From the NCBI GenBank assembly GCA_030527825.1, contig JAUNAC010000002.1, positions 256,001 to 320,000 of the forward strand: a stretch of 64,000 nucleotides of DNA, read 5' to 3'. The notes under the pieces are model-generated. The model was not told where the DNA came from and ran no database searches. It saw nothing but the letters and a program-made list of their open reading frames with translations. Below are positions 61,397-64,000 of the stretch, one piece after another. Numbering within the stretch: the stretch's first letter is position 1; each line of letters starts with the position of its first letter. The position numbers and the translations under genes are program-made. Origin of the DNA: Lautropia sp. GTDB taxonomy: Bacteria; Pseudomonadota; Gammaproteobacteria; Burkholderiales; Burkholderiaceae_E.

Positions 61397-63412
61397 ATGA
61401 AAACAGCGTATCTGCTGGTGCCTTTTGCACCGCTGGTCGGTGCCATGGTGGCCGGTTTTGCCGGTCGGGCCATTGGACGGAAGGCGACGCATCGTGTTGC
61501 CATCCTTGGCGTTCTGGTGTCGTTGCTGGCATCACTCTGGGTGATGCGCGACGTATCCCAGGGGCATACGTTCAACGGGATGCTGTATCAGTGGGCCGTG
61601 ATCGGCAAGATCCGGCTGGAAGTCGGCTTCCTGGTGGATCAGCTTACCGCGATGATGATGGTCGTCGTCACCTTTGTATCCCTGATGGTGCATATCTACA
61701 CCATTGGCTACATGGAAGAGGATGACGGCTATCAGCGATTCTTCTCCTACATCAGCCTTTTCACCTTCTCGATGCTGATGTTGGTCATGTCGAACAATCT
61801 GCTGCAGCTATTCTTCGGCTGGGAGGCTGTCGGGCTGGTGTCGTACCTGCTGATCGGTTTCTGGTACACCAAGCCTTCTGCCATCTACGCCAATCTGAAA
61901 GCCTTCATGGTCAACAGGGTAGGGGATTTTGGCTTTGTGCTGGGTATTGGCCTGCTGGTGGCCTGGACCGGTACGCTGGACTATGCCGAGATTTTCAAGG
62001 CTGCACCGCAGTTGCGGGATGTGACAGTGTCGCTGATTGGCGATACTCCCTGGTCTCTGGTGACCGTCACCTGCATCTGTCTGTTCGTGGGTGCCATGGG
62101 GAAATCAGCGCAGTTCCCCCTGCATGTCTGGTTGCCTGACTCCATGGAAGGCCCGACACCCATTTCCGCACTGATCCACGCCGCTACGATGGTTACGGCC
62201 GGCATTTTCATGGTCAGCCGCATGTCACCGCTTTACGAAATGTCGGATGTGGCGCTGTCGTTCGTGATGATCATCGGCGCTATCACCGCCTTCTTCATGG
62301 GTCTGATGGGCATTATCCAGAACGACATCAAGCGGGTGGTTGCCTATTCCACACTTTCCCAGCTGGGATACATGACGGTCTCTCTCGGTGCATCCGCCTA
62401 TAGCGTGGCGGTGTTTCACCTGATGACCCATGCCTTTTTCAAGGCATTGCTCTTTCTGGGCGCGGGCTCGGTCATCATCGGTATGCATCACGACCAGGAT
62501 ATCCGTCACATGGGCGGGCTGCGCAAATACATGCCGATCACCTGGATCACCTCCCTGATCGGTTCGCTGGCGCTGGTGGGGACGCCATTTTTCTCCGGCT
62601 TCTATTCCAAGGAATCCATCATCGAAGCGGTGCACCACGCCAATGTGCCCGGTGCCGGCATTGCCTACTGGGCGCTGCTGTTGGGCGTATTTGTCACCGC
62701 CTTCTATTCTTTCCGGATGTATTTCTTGGTGTTTCACGGCAAGCCACGCTTTGACCAGGCGGACGCCCATCACGGGCATGCGGCACATGGTCACGGTGAT
62801 CATCATGGCCATGGTCCGCACGTCCCGCATGAATCGCCCTGGGTGGTGACCGTGCCGCTGGTGCTGCTGGCCATTCCTTCGATCGTGATCGGTGCGATGG
62901 CAGCGGACTCCATGATCACGGGTGAGTATTTTAGAGGGGCTATTACGGTTTTTGCCGATCGTCATCCGGCCATGGCAGCACTGGGTCATCACTGGCATAG
63001 CTGGACTGCCATGGCATTGCATGGTTTCACGTCCCTGCCGTTCTGGCTGATGATTGCCGGCGTTGTGACGGCCTGGTATTTCTATCTGGTCAACCCCGCC
63101 ATTCCGGCAAGGCTGAAAGAGGTGTTCCGTGGCATCTATGCCCTGCTGGAAAACAAGTATTACCTCGACCGTTTCAATGAATGGTTCTTCGCTGGCGGGG
63201 CCAGACGGCTGGGAACAGATCTCTGGAAGTGGGGTGATCGCGGTCTGATCGACGGGCTAGTGGTCAATGGCAGCGCCCGGCTGGTCGGGCGACTATCCGG
63301 CATCCTCCGCCATGGTCAGACCGGGTTTCTCAATCATTACGCCATCGCCATGATCATCGGGCTAGCCTTCCTGCTGTTCTGGTTCCTTCCTTTCCTGGCC
63401 AGCGTGCAATAG
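61397..63412 (+). CDS. nuoL: NADH-quinone oxidoreductase subunit L
   Basis: 671 aa antiporter-like subunit with His-rich insertion. Confidence 0.95.
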   Translation: MKTAYLLVPFAPLVGAMVAGFAGRAIGRKATHRVAILGVLVSLLASLWVMRDVSQGHTFNGMLYQWAVIGKIRLEVGFLVDQLTAMMMVVVTFVSLMVHIYTIGYMEEDDGYQRFFSYISLFTFSMLMLVMSNNLLQLFFGWEAVGLVSYLLIGFWYTKPSAIYANLKAFMVNRVGDFGFVLGIGLLVAWTGTLDYAEIFKAAPQLRDVTVSLIGDTPWSLVTVTCICLFVGAMGKSAQFPLHVWLPDSMEGPTPISALIHAATMVTAGIFMVSRMSPLYEMSDVALSFVMIIGAITAFFMGLMGIIQNDIKRVVAYSTLSQLGYMTVSLGASAYSVAVFHLMTHAFFKALLFLGAGSVIIGMHHDQDIRHMGGLRKYMPITWITSLIGSLALVGTPFFSGFYSKESIIEAVHHANVPGAGIAYWALLLGVFVTAFYSFRMYFLVFHGKPRFDQADAHHGHAAHGHGDHHGHGPHVPHESPWVVTVPLVLLAIPSIVIGAMAADSMITGEYFRGAITVFADRHPAMAALGHHWHSWTAMALHGFTSLPFWLMIAGVVTAWYFYLVNPAIPARLKEVFRGIYALLENKYYLDRFNEWFFAGGARRLGTDLWKWGDRGLIDGLVVNGSARLVGRLSGILRHGQTGFLNHYAIAMIIGLAFLLFWFLPFLASVQ

Positions 63413-63419
63413 ATCGACC

Positions 63420-64000
63420 ATGGAACAGACGACTGAGACAATACGTATTGGCTGGCTGAGTGCCGCCATCTGGGTACCGATCATTAGCGGCATCATCGTG
63501 CTGGCCGCGGGCAACGCCCAACGCGCCGCGCTGTCACGCTGGCTGTCCTTGCTAGGTTCGCTGGCCGGTTTTGCCGTAACCATTCCGCTCTATACCGGCT
63601 TTGACCGTACGACGGCAGCACTGCAGTTTGTTGAACAACATCCATGGATTGAGCGTTTCGGCATTGACTACGCACTGGGCGTCGATGGCCTGTCGATCTG
63701 GATGGTGTTGCTGACCGCCTTCATCACCATCGTGGTGGTCATTGCCGGCTGGGAGGTCATCAAGGATCGGGCCCACCAGTACCTGGGCGCTTTCCTGATT
63801 CTTTCCGGCCTGATGGTGGGGGTGTTTTGCGCCACGGACGGCATGCTGTTCTACGTGTTTTTCGAAGCCACCCTCATCCCGATGTACATCATCATCGGGG
63901 TCTGGGGCGGGCCGAACCGGGTATATGCCGCTTTCAAGTTCTTTCTGTACACCTTGCTGGGGTCGCTCCTCACGCTGGTGGCAATCATCTATCTGTATCT
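63420..64000 (+). CDS. nuoM: NADH-quinone oxidoreductase subunit M (3'-truncated by window edge)
   Basis: MEQTTETIRIGWLSAAIWVPII... Antiporter-like subunit continuing past the window end. Confidence 0.9.
   Translation, partial: MEQTTETIRIGWLSAAIWVPIISGIIVLAAGNAQRAALSRWLSLLGSLAGFAVTIPLYTGFDRTTAALQFVEQHPWIERFGIDYALGVDGLSIWMVLLTAFITIVVVIAGWEVIKDRAHQYLGAFLILSGLMVGVFCATDGMLFYVFFEATLIPMYIIIGVWGGPNRVYAAFKFFLYTLLGSLLTLVAIIYLY

Overview
This window is a dense, collinear, high-GC (~60%) core-chromosome segment of a betaproteobacterium. Supporting that placement: priB lies between rpsF and rpsR, nuoC and nuoD are unfused, and there is an ECF-sigma/DUF3619/DUF3106/RDD cluster. Nearly every base is covered by recognisable housekeeping genes.

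Gene order across the window:
- dnaK (5' partial), dnaJ, hemL
- A small membrane-protein ORF and ybaK
- A minus-strand run: alpha/beta-hydrolase/OsmC fusion, DUF1841, nth, a standalone RnfB-like ferredoxin, fdxA
- pncB and a 2-hydroxyacid dehydrogenase
- An autotransporter-like outer-membrane barrel, divergent from a translationally coupled GalU-like nucleotidyltransferase / 2H-phosphoesterase pair
- An acyl-CoA-binding protein, then rpsF-priB-rpsR-rplI and dnaB
- Acyltransferase-3, a PIN-PhoH (PhoH2) ATPase, bcp, an Mth938-like protein
- alaA-like aminotransferase, hom-thrC-mobB-moeA-moaD-moaE, cls, clpB (preceded by a sigma32-type promoter), yegP
- An OPT transporter, yggS, a 5'-nucleotidase divergent from a large inducible-type Orn/Lys/Arg decarboxylase
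- RDD, DUF3106, DUF3619, ECF sigma
- ilvIH-ilvC, a P4H-like 2OG oxygenase, pssA, tpiA, secG, tRNA-Leu(GAG)
- nuoA through nuoM (nuoM 3' partial)

I found no transposases, integrases, CRISPR arrays, restriction or defence genes, or compositional islands. All long antisense ORFs in the six-frame track are high-GC shadow frames of real genes.

The observations most worth a second look:
- The GalU-like nucleotidyltransferase + 2H phosphoesterase module, placed next to a passenger-less autotransporter-like barrel.
- A recurring TTTTTC-N-GAAAAA inverted repeat in several promoter regions of envelope-related genes.
- A standalone RnfB-like ferredoxin translationally coupled to nth.
- A PhoH2 protein with a ~140-aa Pro/Ala-rich N-terminal tail.
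- A bacterial ACBP.
- A P4H-like oxygenase carrying a (GCAGGG)3 repeat.
- A 19-bp perfect palindrome in the ECF-sigma/ilvI divergent region.

I cannot point to a clearly novel multi-gene system here. Every function is assigned from motif-level recognition of the translated ORFs, with no database search run.
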